Positions 1 through 13,850 of a stretch of DNA of 64,000 bases are shown here, one piece after another. The position numbers and the translations under genes were made by a program. Source of the DNA: Tubiluchus corallicola (Eukaryota > Animalia > Priapulida); contig JAQGDQ010000590.1 in the NCBI GenBank assembly GCA_030141605.1, positions 70,190-134,189 of the forward strand, written 5' to 3'. The first letter of the stretch is position 1. Each line of letters begins with the position of its first letter. Under the pieces are notes generated by a model. That model did not search any database. It worked only from the letters and a program-made list of their open reading frames with translations, and was not told where the DNA came from.

Positions 1-237
1 CAGATTTACTTCTGATTCTTTAATTTTGCTTTTTATCATTTTTAAGCCCCAGTTAAAATTGCATCATTGTAGTGAGTTTCACAGAGAAGCAGTTATGAGA
101 AATACATAGTTGTAGGACAATCATTTGACACATTAATTTTTTACTTTAATTTGTCTGTGCAACCGGTGGGCATTTGGGGTCTGGATTCTGCCATTTGGAT
201 GGTTCAAATGTCGTCTAACAGTTTGTGTTTTGGACAG

Positions 238-386
238 GATGGCTTAAACAACAAGCGATGCTAGTTGAACGCTTGCAGGAGAAGAGAGCGGCAGAACTTG
301 CAGAGGTAGAGAAAGCAATGGCAACCGAGAGGCAGGGTTTCATAGCTAGGACGGAAAAAATGGTACAAACGACGGACATGGAGAAG
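238..386 (+). CDS. EVC: EVC-like exon (WLKQQAMLVERLQEKR...TTDMEK)
   Basis: ggacag| at 237 and |gtatag at 387; ends in phase 0. Confidence 0.8.
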
Positions 387-556
387 GTATAGCAGTGCTG
401 TAAGCTTTACTGAACTGTAGGTGAGCAGGTCGGTGAGTGACGAGAGATGGAGAGATGGACAGGAAGAGGGAAAGATGGAGAGTGATTCGACAAGTGGTGG
501 AGAGAGGGGGAGTGAGAGAGGGAGAGAGAGAGTGTGAGAGAGAGAGAGAGAGAGAA

Positions 557-628
<72 letters not shown>

Positions 629-932
629 GAGAGAGAGAAAGCGAGCGAGAGTGACAAAAAGAGAAAGAGAGGGACAGAGAAAGAGACATAGTGAGAAGGG
701 AGAGGTAGAACGGAGAGAGAGAGAGAGAGAGAGACAGAGAGAGAGGGGGAGGGAGGGAGGTAGGGAGAGAGAGAAAGGGGAGGGCAAGAGAGGGAGAAAG
801 AGAGAGGGGGACAGAGAGCGCGAAAAAGAGAGAGAGAGACAGTGAGAGAAGGGAAAGAGAGAAAAGGGAGAGGGAGAGAGAGAGAAGGAAGAGAGATATG
901 GAGGGAGGGAGAGAGAAAGAGAGGGAGAGAGA

Positions 933-975
<43 letters not shown>

Positions 976-3900
976 TTCTTTTTGTAAGCCAAAAATTTTC
1001 TGTGTTTTCAGTCCTATAGAGATTACATTGAAAAACAGAAACGACAGATGCACGATGTGCTGGATGAAATTGACATATCCGAAACAAATGAATTTGACAA
1101 GCTACTAAAGGTAAAGTGTAAAGGCATGTTTGCACTTGTAAATATCAATCCAGCAAAAATATATTAACTGTTAACAAACATTGGTGCTAAACTATCTGTG
1201 ATTGTAGGAGCTTGTTATTTTGCCTCTTAAGAAAGATCAGACACGAGCTTGCTTTTCTCCGGGGCTGCTTTTTTATGAAACTGCAAACTTGTCATGCTAG
1301 CTAGTTCTTCTTCCATCCATCTGCCTGTTCACATGACAATATGCTCACAATTAATGCAATGAGCTAGTTTTTTCTGGACATTAAAATTCAGAGGGACAAT
1401 AAGTTACTCAATGAGTTACTTTTTTCAGGACATTAAAGTTCAGTGGGACAAGGAGTTACTCACAATTAATGCAATGAGTTGTTTTTTTCATTCAGAGGGA
1501 CAAGGAGTTACTCACAATTAATGCAATGAGTTGTTTTTTTCATTCAGAGGGACAAGGAGTTACTCACAATTAATGCAATGAGTTATTTTTTTCAGGACAT
1601 TAAAATTCAGAGGGACAAGGAGTTACTCACAATTAATGCAATGAGTTGTTTTTTTCATTCAGAGGGACAAGGAGTTACTCACAATTAATGCAATGAGTTA
1701 TTTTTTTCAGGACATTAAAATTCAGAGGGACAAGGAGTTACTCACAATTAATGCAGTGAGTAACTTTTTTCAGGACGTTAAAATTCAGAGGGACAAGGAG
1801 TTACTCACAATTAATGCAATGAGTTGTTTTTTTCAGGACGTTAAAATTCAGAGGGACAAGGAGTTACTCACAATTAATGCAATGAGTTACTTTTTCCAGG
1901 ACGTTAAAATTCAGAGGGACAAGGAGTTACAGACCGCCGACGAAGCCTTCATCAACAAGCTACAGGATCATATGTCTTTATCGGCTGGTGATGTCACGCA
2001 ACTATTGCAAGCTCACCTCGCTCACATGAGAAGTTTCACAAGTATGTGATTGTGTAAACACCATTTTGTTGAAAAGTGATTTCTAAATTGCCAAATACCT
2101 TGATCACTGTTTACTTTGAAGTTCTGAATGTTACATAAAATTATTTTTGTTTATATTTCACTTTACGAGATCTCTGTTCCAACGATAATCCTGGTACATG
2201 AGTTGGACTTCTGTCTTATAAGTTTGAGAAACTCCAGTTTTTATTCTTAAGTGATAGAAACGTTGTATTGATGAATCTTCGCATATTGATAGATCTTCGC
2301 GATTTGATAGATCTTCGCGTATTGATAGATCTTCGGGTATTGATAGATCTTCGATAGATCTTCGCGATTTGATAGATCTTCGCGAATTGATAGATCTTTG
2401 CATATTGATAGATATCCGAGTATTGATAGATCTTTGCGTATTGATAGATCTTCGCGTATTGATAGATCTTCACGAATTGATAGATCTTTGCATATTGATA
2501 GATCTTCGAGTATTGATAGATCTTCACGTATTGATAGATCTTCACGTATTGATAGATCTTCACGTATTGATAGATCTTCGCGAATTGATAAATCTTTGCA
2601 TATTGATAGATCTTCGAGTATTGATAGATCTTCGCGAATTGATAAATCTTTGCGTATTGATAAATCTTCGCATATTGATAGATCTTCGTGTATTGATAAA
2701 TTTTCCTGTATTGATAAATCTTCGCGTATTTATAAATCTTCGCATATTGATAAATCTTCGCGTATTGATAGATCATCGCATATTCATCTTCGTGTATTGA
2801 TAAATCTTCGCGTATTGATAAATCTTCATGTATTGATAAATCTTCATGCATTGATAGATCTTCGTATATTGATAAATCTTCGTGTATTGATAAATCTTCG
2901 TGTATTGGCAAATCTTTGGGTATTGATAAATCTTCACGTATTGATCTTCGTATATTGATAAATCTTCATGTATTGATAAATTCTGTATTGTCTTACAGGA
3001 GCTAAAGAACTGGAGAAGCAACAGTATGCAGCCATCTTGCAGGACCGACTGTCTGACAGAGAAAAGGTGAGAAATCTGCCAACAGACGGCAGCACCAGAA
3101 TGATGTTGCAAACCCACAATCAATTAAATGTGTGCTTGCATAGCAAAATCGTCCATAAGTCAGTAGTGTTTTCTAGTTATCAACAAACCCTGAATCTCCA
3201 TTTCATGAGGATCATTTTGATACAAAGTTCATCGCTCTATGTTATTTCCAAGCTGAGATAATCCACGTTGAAGTCGAGGTGCAAAAAACGGCATCCCTAG
3301 CCGAAAGTTAGCCATAGAAAAACATAGCCACGTCCTTGCCGAAACAACAATGGTGTGATAATTATTGCATTCAGTGTTTTAAATAAAAAAATATGCTTTC
3401 ATATGACAGTGCCAGGTAAGTGTGTGAATGTATGAAGTAAACTATGAAAAGTAGCAAAGGTTTCCAATTTAAAAACATGCGCGAGTGGTTAGACGAAAAC
3501 TCTGGTAAAATTAAGAACCTTACTGCAAAGTTAAAGAACGCTATGAATTCGAAAATTTCTTGCCAATTAATACTGTAACCCTCAATGCTAAAATTGCTTT
3601 CACAAAACTACGTTTTAGTTCCCAATCACTCGCAATAGAAACAGGTAGACATCATAAACATAACAAAATACCAGCCAGCGAAAGATACAGTACACAATGC
3701 GACCCAAACAAACAAGAAATAGAAGACAAAACACATTTGCACTTGCACTGTAGCAGATATGAACAACTAAGAAACACCCCTAATACGGAAATTAGCTCTA
3801 TATATCCAAACTTTACCAACTTATTATATGATGACAAACTAAAAGTACTATTGGGCTCAAATGATTCAGAAATTCTCCAAATTCCTTGTAATTTTGTTTT

Positions 3901-6900
3901 AAAATGTTTTAGTTCCTGAATGTAATTATTGTAAATTGAAAATAAACGAACTATGTATATATAACTAGCATCACTTATGTAAACTAAATACTACATGTGT
4001 ATGCAACTATCTTGAATTTGCATTTATGTATATTCATGTTGTACCATTGGGTTTATACATCAAATTTTGATATTGCGTCTTTGGTTTAAATTGTTGAGTT
4101 TGACTTGGGTAATTGTATTCTTGATAACGTGGTATAGGTTTTTTTGTAGGGCTGTATATGTGTGAAATTGTATCTTTATAATCGGTGAGTACATTGTATG
4201 ATTTGTAATTGTGATTACCCAATAAATATATTATATATTATTTGATGCAGAGATGGGAGGAGGAGTATGCGGCCACGGAAGCTGAGCAGACTTCACTAAC
4301 AGAGTACCAAGATGCGGCCGTCGTGAAAGTCATAGACACTCAAATGGGTGTAGACAAGGAGTAAGTTAAAAAATAATTTTGTTTGTTAACAAACTTTTTA
4401 GATAAGTTCTGTCTATAGTCTTATTGCATATAGAGCTTGCGTTAGCAGTAACGCTGCATAAAACTTGTACACTCAAATGGGTGTAGACGAGGAGTAACTT
4501 AAAAGGCAATTTTGTTTGTTAACAAACTTTTTTGGATGAGTTCTGTCTGCAGTCTTATTGCTTCTAGAGCTTGCGTTAGCAGTAACGCTGTATAAAACTT
4601 GTAAATTCAAGCTGCCGCCATGACATAAAGTTTGAGGAAATAATCCTAGCATATGTAGCACACTCTTCACTATTCAAGGAAAAGTTTAAGTTAATTTATC
4701 ATGTCAGTAAGATCAATAATGTGTGTTTTTTGGTGAGTCAGTGGTGCACACTGGGATGGCGATTTAGAATTTTCTTTTCTAGTTACATATAGGGTTGCCA
4801 GATTAGAAAATTAGAAATACGGGACACTCTTAAAATCTCTCTCTATATTACTGTATTTTTACATGTAAATTTATACATGTCTACAAACCGAGAATGAGTA
4901 CTAAACATGAGTTAATGATTTTAATGGGTTATGAGGAAAACAAAAGTGAAATTATTTGAAAAGTATTTAATACCGACAAGTATTATAATACAGAGAAATA
5001 TTATTATCATTTAATAGTCACATTTGGGTTACTTTGGCTAAGAGAACCTGAGTACTTATAAAGTTACGACTAAGAACCATACGAAGTTGTAAAAATAAAA
5101 TTTTTATTACGAATTATGAAAATGAACTAAAAATGGGACGTTTGGGTAACCCCGAGAGGTCAGTGCAGGACAAGGGACAAAATAATTAGCAAATATGGGA
5201 CATGTCTTGTATATTGTGTCATATTGTGAATTTTTTAATAACTCTTTAGCGATTTTTGGACAGTAATGATCATGTTATGTGATCAAAAGTGTGTATTGTG
5301 AATTTGTTAATAACTCTTTAGAGATTTTTGGACAGTAATTATCATGTTATGTGATCAAAAGTGTTTATCGTGAATTGGTAAAGAACTCATTAGCAATGTT
5401 ATATGATCAAAAGTCCTTTTTTGTAGTGAACTATGGACTGAACCAAAAAATCATGTCCGACTATCTCTTAATCAGTCAATAAACATATATATACATGTAA
5501 TATAAGGTTTGTATGTATATATATAATGGACGTTCGGCTAGCCTGATTGCATAAGTCTGGTAAGCGTAATGCAAGGCAATTAAACTTTGCGTGGAAAGTT
5601 TTTTGAGATGAGCTTTAAATGTCCCATTTTTTAAACATGTTCATGTTCATTTTCAGAGCTCGTACGCAGATTCTGACGGAACATCAGCACAACATGCAAA
5701 TGCTGAACAATAAGTTAATGATGTCCAAGCACAGACAACACAAAATGTGAGTAACGATTTAGTTTAGCAGAACTCGACTCGCAGAAACTCAACACAAAGA
5801 TGCAGTGATGTTCTATTTGCATGATAACTGAAATCACTGGAACCAGTTGGCTACATACATGAAGTCCTCGCTTAACGATGCTAGTTGTACTACAATCAAT
5901 GTCTGCCATATTCCAACAAAATATTGTAGTGTTTTATACGTCATTTCTATTAAAAATAAATAAAAAGGCCATTTTACAAATTTGAATTTATTTCTGCAGT
6001 TCTAGACTTTAGCACAAAGTAGTTCTAGACGTTACTAAACACAAAACGCATTAAATAAACCTAATTTGGTAATTTTACTAATTTATACCACATTCTATCA
6101 AATTTATAAGACTGTTATTCATTAAACTAAAATGTTTAAAGTGATCAGTTCATAATGATTCAAAATAATGCAAAACGATGTATTTACTTACATCGTATGT
6201 CTCCATAAAGCAAATCTAGTATTTACCAATATATCTGACAAATTATGCCACTATCATACTGTGAAAAACTACTTTTAAAGAAGCCTGTTAACGTCTACCA
6301 ACTAACTCACTTGCCCAGGTAGAAACAGATCTGCACAGGTGAGTGCCCGTGGTCACGTGACCAAAGAGATACTTGGTGAAATTCCCTACACTAGTGCTTT
6401 CCTGCATCATGTGATGTTAAGCAAAATGTTGTTAAACGAAACCAAAACTTTTGTAAAAAAAAATTGAGACACGTTGATATAAAAGTCCAATATATTTAGC
6501 ATTTGTTACCAAAAATTTACATTTGACCGAATTTTTGCATCATTCTACTTTAAAGCATCGTAATATAGTTTAAACTATGCCGACTTACAGACGGTTTTGG
6601 TTTGCAAGCACTCAAATATATTAAATAGATAAATGGACTTTTATATTCTGGCATCAAATTATCAAAAAAAACGTTCAAAAAATACTAAAAATCTAATTTT
6701 TTAACCCTGTACCCACTTTCCTGTCTTGAAACTAGTACTGCAATTGTACAAAACTTGTATTTTCAAACTGTGGTTGTACCTCATGGAAGCAGCCATTTTG
6801 CTTCCAGTTTTTTATGTTGCCAAACCCTGATCCTCTTCAGGAAGAGCCATCTACTGAATTTAAACATTTAAACTTCAATTTGCTCTTGCAAAATCCATAG

Positions 6901-9900
6901 CAACCACACTTTCGTACGGTTGCTAAGTGTTTTGTAGAGACACGGCAAATAAGAATGGCCGACTTTAATAGACATTTTCTCAAGATTATGTTTTTTAGTG
7001 CATAACCTGCACCTCAACGTGGATTGACTCAGCTTAGAAATATCATAGAGTGATGAAGATACATATCATCACAGTTTGTGGATCTTATAAAGTTCGATTT
7101 TTGCATCATTTTTTTTTCTAGTTTGGTCCGGAAGCTGAATACGAAGAGAGCTCAACTGGCCGCCCAACGACAGAACCGCCATGGTAAACGCCAAACTTTA
7201 TCTAGTCAAGAATTACTGAAAATGGATAAATCATACGTGAGTTCTAAATTTACGCTTATATATACTTTACCTTGAATTATAAATTTGTTATTGAAATGAT
7301 TAAAGGAAAATTGAATGCAATATTAAACTATAACTGAACATAATCTGTTCTGTAAAAAATTGAAAGAGAACAGGCTGTTTTTCAAGAACAGCTTACGTGA
7401 AAGAATTATTACGGCGGAAATCTCTTTTTGTATTCTCACGTTTAGTTCTTCGCTGATACGTACATTTTGACGCTCATTTAAACAGACAGGCACTAATGCC
7501 TGCATCTCGGGAATGTGTTGATCGAAAACAGATGCTCTACCTCTTAGTTCAGAGCTGTTCATTTGTGATGTAATACATGAGTTTGACAGCTGATGCATGA
7601 GCACAGCGAAATTTCCATTTTTATCTTGAGGTTTGCAGAGTTTTTGTGAATCACACTGAATATCTTACAGTAGCACTGTACTTCAATTTTCGTTTTCGCA
7701 AACTCGTGCAACACGCTCACGGAATATTTTTGCTATTGAAAATTATGTTAGTTTGCGATGTCATCAATAGCTGCGCTCGCCCGCCGTGATTTAATAATCT
7801 ATTATTTGATGATCAAAAACACTTTTGCAGTATTAATGGTGTTAAAATATATACTTTCATCATACTTGAAAATGGTGCAGTATATGAAAAATCATCCTGT
7901 CTTCCTTTAATGTACAAAGCTGTTCAATTCCTTTAATTTTATTTTCAAACACTTAGCTATTTGTTACTGTATCAATTTCTTTACTGGTCTGCCTATTCAT
8001 TACCTATTTACCTTTGTAAATACATAATTAGTTCATAATTTACTGTATCAATTTCTTTACTGATATGCTTACTCATTTCCTATTTGGCTTTTGTAAATAC
8101 ATAATTAGTGCAAAATTTGCTCTATCAATTTTTTCTCTACAGGTCTGCTTATCCATTATCTTTTTGGCTTTTTGTAAATACATAATTAGTACATAATAGG
8201 CTGTGCCTATATAAACTGGTTGTATGTTTGTAAATTTACCTCTGATGATGATGACAGCAGTAGTCTCTCAAAACGTTTGGCATGATTTTAACTTTAGCTT
8301 TTTAATGTAAAAGTTTTTATAAAGTTGTGTAGTTTTTAACGATAAATAACCTGTGTGCTGTACAGTTGTACCTATGTGTCCATTGCAGGGTGAAATTGAG
8401 ATGCAGGAACGGACACTTCAGCTTGAGTATGAACAAGCCTTAGCCGAACTGAGACGTAAAATGGCCACGGAGACGGATATATTGCTGAGGCAGCAAGACC
8501 AGCAACTGGCGGCTGTCATAGGCCGACAGCAGGTACGCGCTGCACTGTTATTTCAACAGCAACATGTTGCTCAATATGTTGCAGTTCTTATTATGAGTCA
8601 TTTTATAATAGCAATAGCAACACGTTGCTCAATACATTGCAACTCATATTATGAGTCATTTTACAATAAAATGGCAACATGTTGATCTATATGTTGCAAC
8701 TGATATTGTGAGCCATTTTATAATAACAGCAGCAACATGTCACTCAATATGTTGCAGCTCATATTATGAGTCATTTTATAATAACAACTGCAACATGTTG
8801 TACAACTGCAACGTTGTACGAAGCAAGTGTGCAACACGGTCCATGTTGCGACAGCTTGTACGTTGCTTTTATCAATTTGTTGCTAAACTGCCTTCTACTG
8901 AAACATGTTGCTTCTGTTAATAGGTCAGTTTAAATAAGCTGTTGGATGAGCAGCGAATGAAACAGTGGCGACTCATAGTTAAAATTACTGGGGCTGCTGC
9001 TTCAGAAAATTTTTATCCATTGTTTTAATACTATGTAAAACAATTCAAACATATGTAATTTCAATGTTGTAATTCGTAATTGTAATTTTAAGCTAACAAA
9101 CGTAGGAAAATTTATACACAAATTCGATGAAATCGTAAACAAAAATGTTTTTGCTTACGAGTAACTGAAATTGCCGCAGTTCAAGAATATACCGGTAAAC
9201 ATGTTTTAAGTGTGTGACAACTGACAACAAACTGTGTGAGCCACAGTACTTTGTCTACCTACCAGCAGACACTAGCAGTGCCGCATGTGCACAACAGCCA
9301 AACTCCACATTGCTGGAGTGCACTGTGCTGGGCTGTGAAGCAAACAGTGCTACACTCACGTGCTTTGATTCCATACATGTTTAAAGAAAGAACTAAAGAA
9401 AAAAGACTTATTATTTGAGTGAAAATAGGGGGCGCTGCAGTTCCACAGTACCTATACACGAGCCGCCAATGTTGCCACATTTTCCTTACTCAACTGCACT
9501 TTGTTGCAAGAATCGTACGTTCCGCACGTACGGGCTCACAGTGGTACAAAACAACGTTGTCATTTATAACTAATTTTTCTGTTTTAGGTAGGAAGAGCCA
9601 GAAGAAATGCAGCCATACAGAGACAAGATAAAACAATACAGCAGTTAGAGGTTAGTATATTCATCGATTCATTTCATTGCCGCTGTACCACTGATTTAGT
9701 GGAAATATTCAGCTTTATACCTCATTCATTTGTCTAAAGTGCTCTAGATTTTGTTAATTTGATAATAGATGGCAGAGCCTGCCACATTAAAATGCTGTTT
9801 TGTGATATGTGTATGCTGGCAAATTAAAACCGTCTGGAAGTCGGCATAGTAACAACACCATTATCAAGCGTCAAAGTACAATGAGTCAAATTTTATCATT

Positions 9901-12627
9901 GTACGATATCAATTTTATGTTTTTGATAAAAGAAAGGCTAAATATGTTAGTTTTATATTCTAGCATCGAAACGCTTGCAAAAGGTTCTAAAATTACTAAA
10001 AATTAAATTTTTATTATCCCTTCCTCACGTCTCTATCTAAAAATTAGTATTGAAAACTCAAAGTGTTTTCAAACTTTCATAGTACCTCAAGGAAGCCGCC
10101 GTTTCTCTTGCGATTTTTTCCATCATCAAGTCCAAGTCCTCATCTAGAGCAGCCATCTACTGGATTTAATTGCAACTACAACAGCAGCCATAGCAACCAC
10201 TATTCCATACAGTTGCTATGGTGGTTCTTTAGAAACGTGATAAAAACAATGGCAAACTTTGACAGAGATTTTCCCAAGATTGTTTTTCGCTACAATTGAG
10301 AAAAACTTGTATTTTGAAACTCCGGTTGTAACTCCTGGAAGCAGTCATTCTGCTCCCGGTTTTTTCTGTTGCCAAGCACAGATTTTCATCAGGAGAGACA
10401 TCTACTGGATTTAAAGATAACTTCAATGTGTTTTTTTAAGTCTGTAGCAACCAACATTTGTGCAGTTGCTAAGTGTTTTGTAGAAACGCGACAAAAAACA
10501 ATGACTGACTTTAACAGTGATTTTCTCAAGGTTATGTTTTTCAGTGCGTAGCCTGCACCTCAACTTCAACGTGGATTATCTCAGCTTAGAAATAACTCAG
10601 AGCAATGAACTTGGTATCAAAATAATCCTCATGAGATAGAGGTTCAGAGATTCAAAGTTTAGAGATTCAGAGTATGTGAATGACTAGAAAAGTTTAGATT
10701 CAGCATAAGTGAATAACTAGGAAAGCTTAAATTCAGGATACGTGAATGACTAGGAAAGCGTAACTGCCGACACCTGGATGGTTTTGGTATGCAATCACAC
10801 ATATCTACTACGTAGATCATTTTTTTGTATTCAGGCTCAGATTGCAGACAGAGTTGTACAAGCGGACAGCAATGCCTACACAACCGAACAGATACTACAT
10901 CAGCACATGAAAGAGGTCAGTCAGTTGAATCAGCACCTCCAACAGAATCGCCAGCATCAGATGAACGTTCTACAAGAAAAAATCGAGGCCAAGAAGCTGT
11001 TGAAAGAAAGGTATTGAAAATTCCCCGGTTTTCGCGAAACACGACATAATCCTTTACACCACATCTCGGTTTGCCGGACCTCGCTTTTACGGATATGGGA
11101 AGAATTGGACAAAATCTGGACCATTCAAAAGTCCTGCATAATACGGACACGGGTTGTTGTTCCGCGAGCTGATCGTTACTTGGCGGGCCGTCTTTTTATT
11201 TACATCATTACATCAGTGTAACAGCACGTGTATATCTCTATGTATAAAAATATAGAATCATTCATGCGGAGTTATTTGAGTCAATTGCTGATATTTTTTA
11301 CTTACTTTTGCATAGGAGCTCATACTTAGACGTTTTTGAGACAATTAGGTAATTGATTCTACATTACCATGAGTCTAAACAGGGTGCCTACTGTATTAGT
11401 TTAGTATCGGTAAATACGGACAATCAGCTTTTACGGACCGACGTCTCCGCCGCTTTTGTCCGGGAAACCGAGATGTGAGCGTACTTAGATAAAGCTCGAA
11501 AAATTCATTTTGAAATTTAATATTACCTACATGTTGTCTTATTGCACACAGAGCTTGTATCAGCAGTAATGCTGTAAGAAACTTGTAAACGAACTCGCGC
11601 GATGACTGTTATACATAGCCATTATAATGTCAAGTTGTTTGAAACAAGTTTAGATAACATTGTAAAAAGATATTCGGAGCTTTTGTGACTTACACTTCAC
11701 TAACTAAGCAAAAGTAAAAATTACTTTATCTTATCACTACATTTAAAAATATGTTTTTTGGTGAATCAGAAGTGCACACTGGGAAGGTAAGTCAGTGTCA
11801 TTTTGCCAGTTGCCCATTTTAAATATCATTTCTAGTTACACATAAGTCTTTCAAGCAGGTAAGCGCAATGCAAAGTAATATAACCTTGCCTGGAAAGTTT
11901 TTTTTTTGGAAGCATCCTGTAAAAGTGCCTTTTCTTTCCATTTTAAGTAAAAAAAATGAGTTGTAGTCTGTGCTTTTCACAATTTGATGGTTGCAAGTCA
12001 CTCACACTGTATTGTTAGGGCTTTTTCACACTGCAACACCAAGACCCTGCTCACATTACAACTGCCATGGCTTATTCACGCTAAGAGAGTCATAATCTGT
12101 TCACACCAAGCAGTTACACGTCCATACGTAACATTTGAAACTTTTTTACAAAGTGACAGTGAAATGTTTGATAACAGGATTCACATTTGAAACTACAATC
12201 TTTTCACACTAGACAGTTTATATGTGTGTGTGTGTGTGTGTGGGCGCGTGTGCGTCTGCGTGCGTGCGTGTGTGTGCTCGCGCGGGCATGCGTGTGTGTG
12301 CACGCGTGGGCGTGCATGCATGTGTGTGCGCTCGCGCGGGCATGCGTGTGTGTATCTCTTTGACACTGGAGACAATTACAACCATTAGAACATGTTAAAA
12401 CTTACAGCCTATTTTGCGTGAACTTTTAAAGCCACAGCAAGGCTGTACCCCGTTTATTTGTATATATGGCTGTTATTATTAACAGTAACTTGTTTTGGCA
12501 GGAATGCAGAATCTGTCCACAATGTACCAGTCCATGAAACTAAACACAGAGGGTAAGTACCTTTAAGCAATAACACATTTCTGTAAAGCAATACAAACAT
12601 CATCTACTATATATTAATTTATATGTA

Positions 12628-12712
<85 letters not shown>

Positions 12713-13812
12713 ATGCATGTATGAATGTATGTATGTATGTATGCATGTGTGTGTGCATGTATGTATGTATGCATGCGTGTGTGTGTGCATGTATGTATGT
12801 ATGTATGTATGCATGTATGTATGTATGTTACTTTTTTTGTTAAGCTGCTGCTGGCTGTTGTAATGTAGTGGCATAATATTAACCTATTACATACATTTAG
12901 ATTTGAGAAGAATGTCTGTGCATTATTGATCATTGGTGGATGGGCCTAACAGCATTTGTCGTAGCACACAGTTTAAGTCTTTCATGGTTTAGCTGGGCTG
13001 CTGCGTTGTCGATGTTAGTGTTGGAGATGCTATTGTCATCATCCTCGTCGTCATCATCATCATCATCATCATCATCCTCACCCAGATTGACGTCGTTGTC
13101 GTCATCAGCACCATCATCAGTATCATCATCACTGTCCTTATGTGATGTGTTGTGTTTAGATTAATGTAATAAGGCATAGTTAATGTGATGGATGTGGTGT
13201 GGTTTGATAGGTATTGCATCATATTGCGGTATTGGTATGGGTGTGGCATAATGTGGATGTGGGTGTTGGGGTGGGTAGTGCAGTGGGGCGGTATGGTGTA
13301 GGTGATGTGTTGCAGAACGGTGTGTGGTGGGTGGTGTTGGTGTAGTGTGGTGGGTGTGGTGTGGTGTGTTACAGGTGTGATAGAAATATAGTAAAATATT
13401 TTTACTACCTTCTTAGGTGTAACTTTCTCAGTTATTAGACTTTCTTTTCCCAGATTCTGTTGATGAAAATAACCCAAATGTAACAATTAAGTTATAATAA
13501 TAATATTTCTCTGTTGCCCATATTTAATAATTATTTTCAAATGTTTTCAATTATACAGAATTTTTTTTAGCTTGAATTAAATAACTTTCAAATAATTTTA
13601 CTTTTGTTTTCCTCATAACCCATTAAAATCCTCACTTGATGTTTCTAACTCATGTCTCTATTTTTATATAGAAAAAATTATATTGATCTATATGTGGAGG
13701 CACGTATAAATTTATGTATGTAGAATTACATATATTTATATATATATATATATGATATGATATATATTATATTATACTATACTACACTACACTATACGAT
13801 ACTATACTATAT

Positions 13813-13850
<38 letters not shown>

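Noticed and set aside
261-1135. Long SL/ER-rich ORFs
   Set aside because: Translations of a (GA)n microsatellite; only 1012-1110 is a real exon, in a different frame.
2158-3123. Repetitive ORFs (KIYQY, IDRSS, EDLSI)
   Set aside because: By-products of an 18-bp minisatellite that is open in several frames on both strands.
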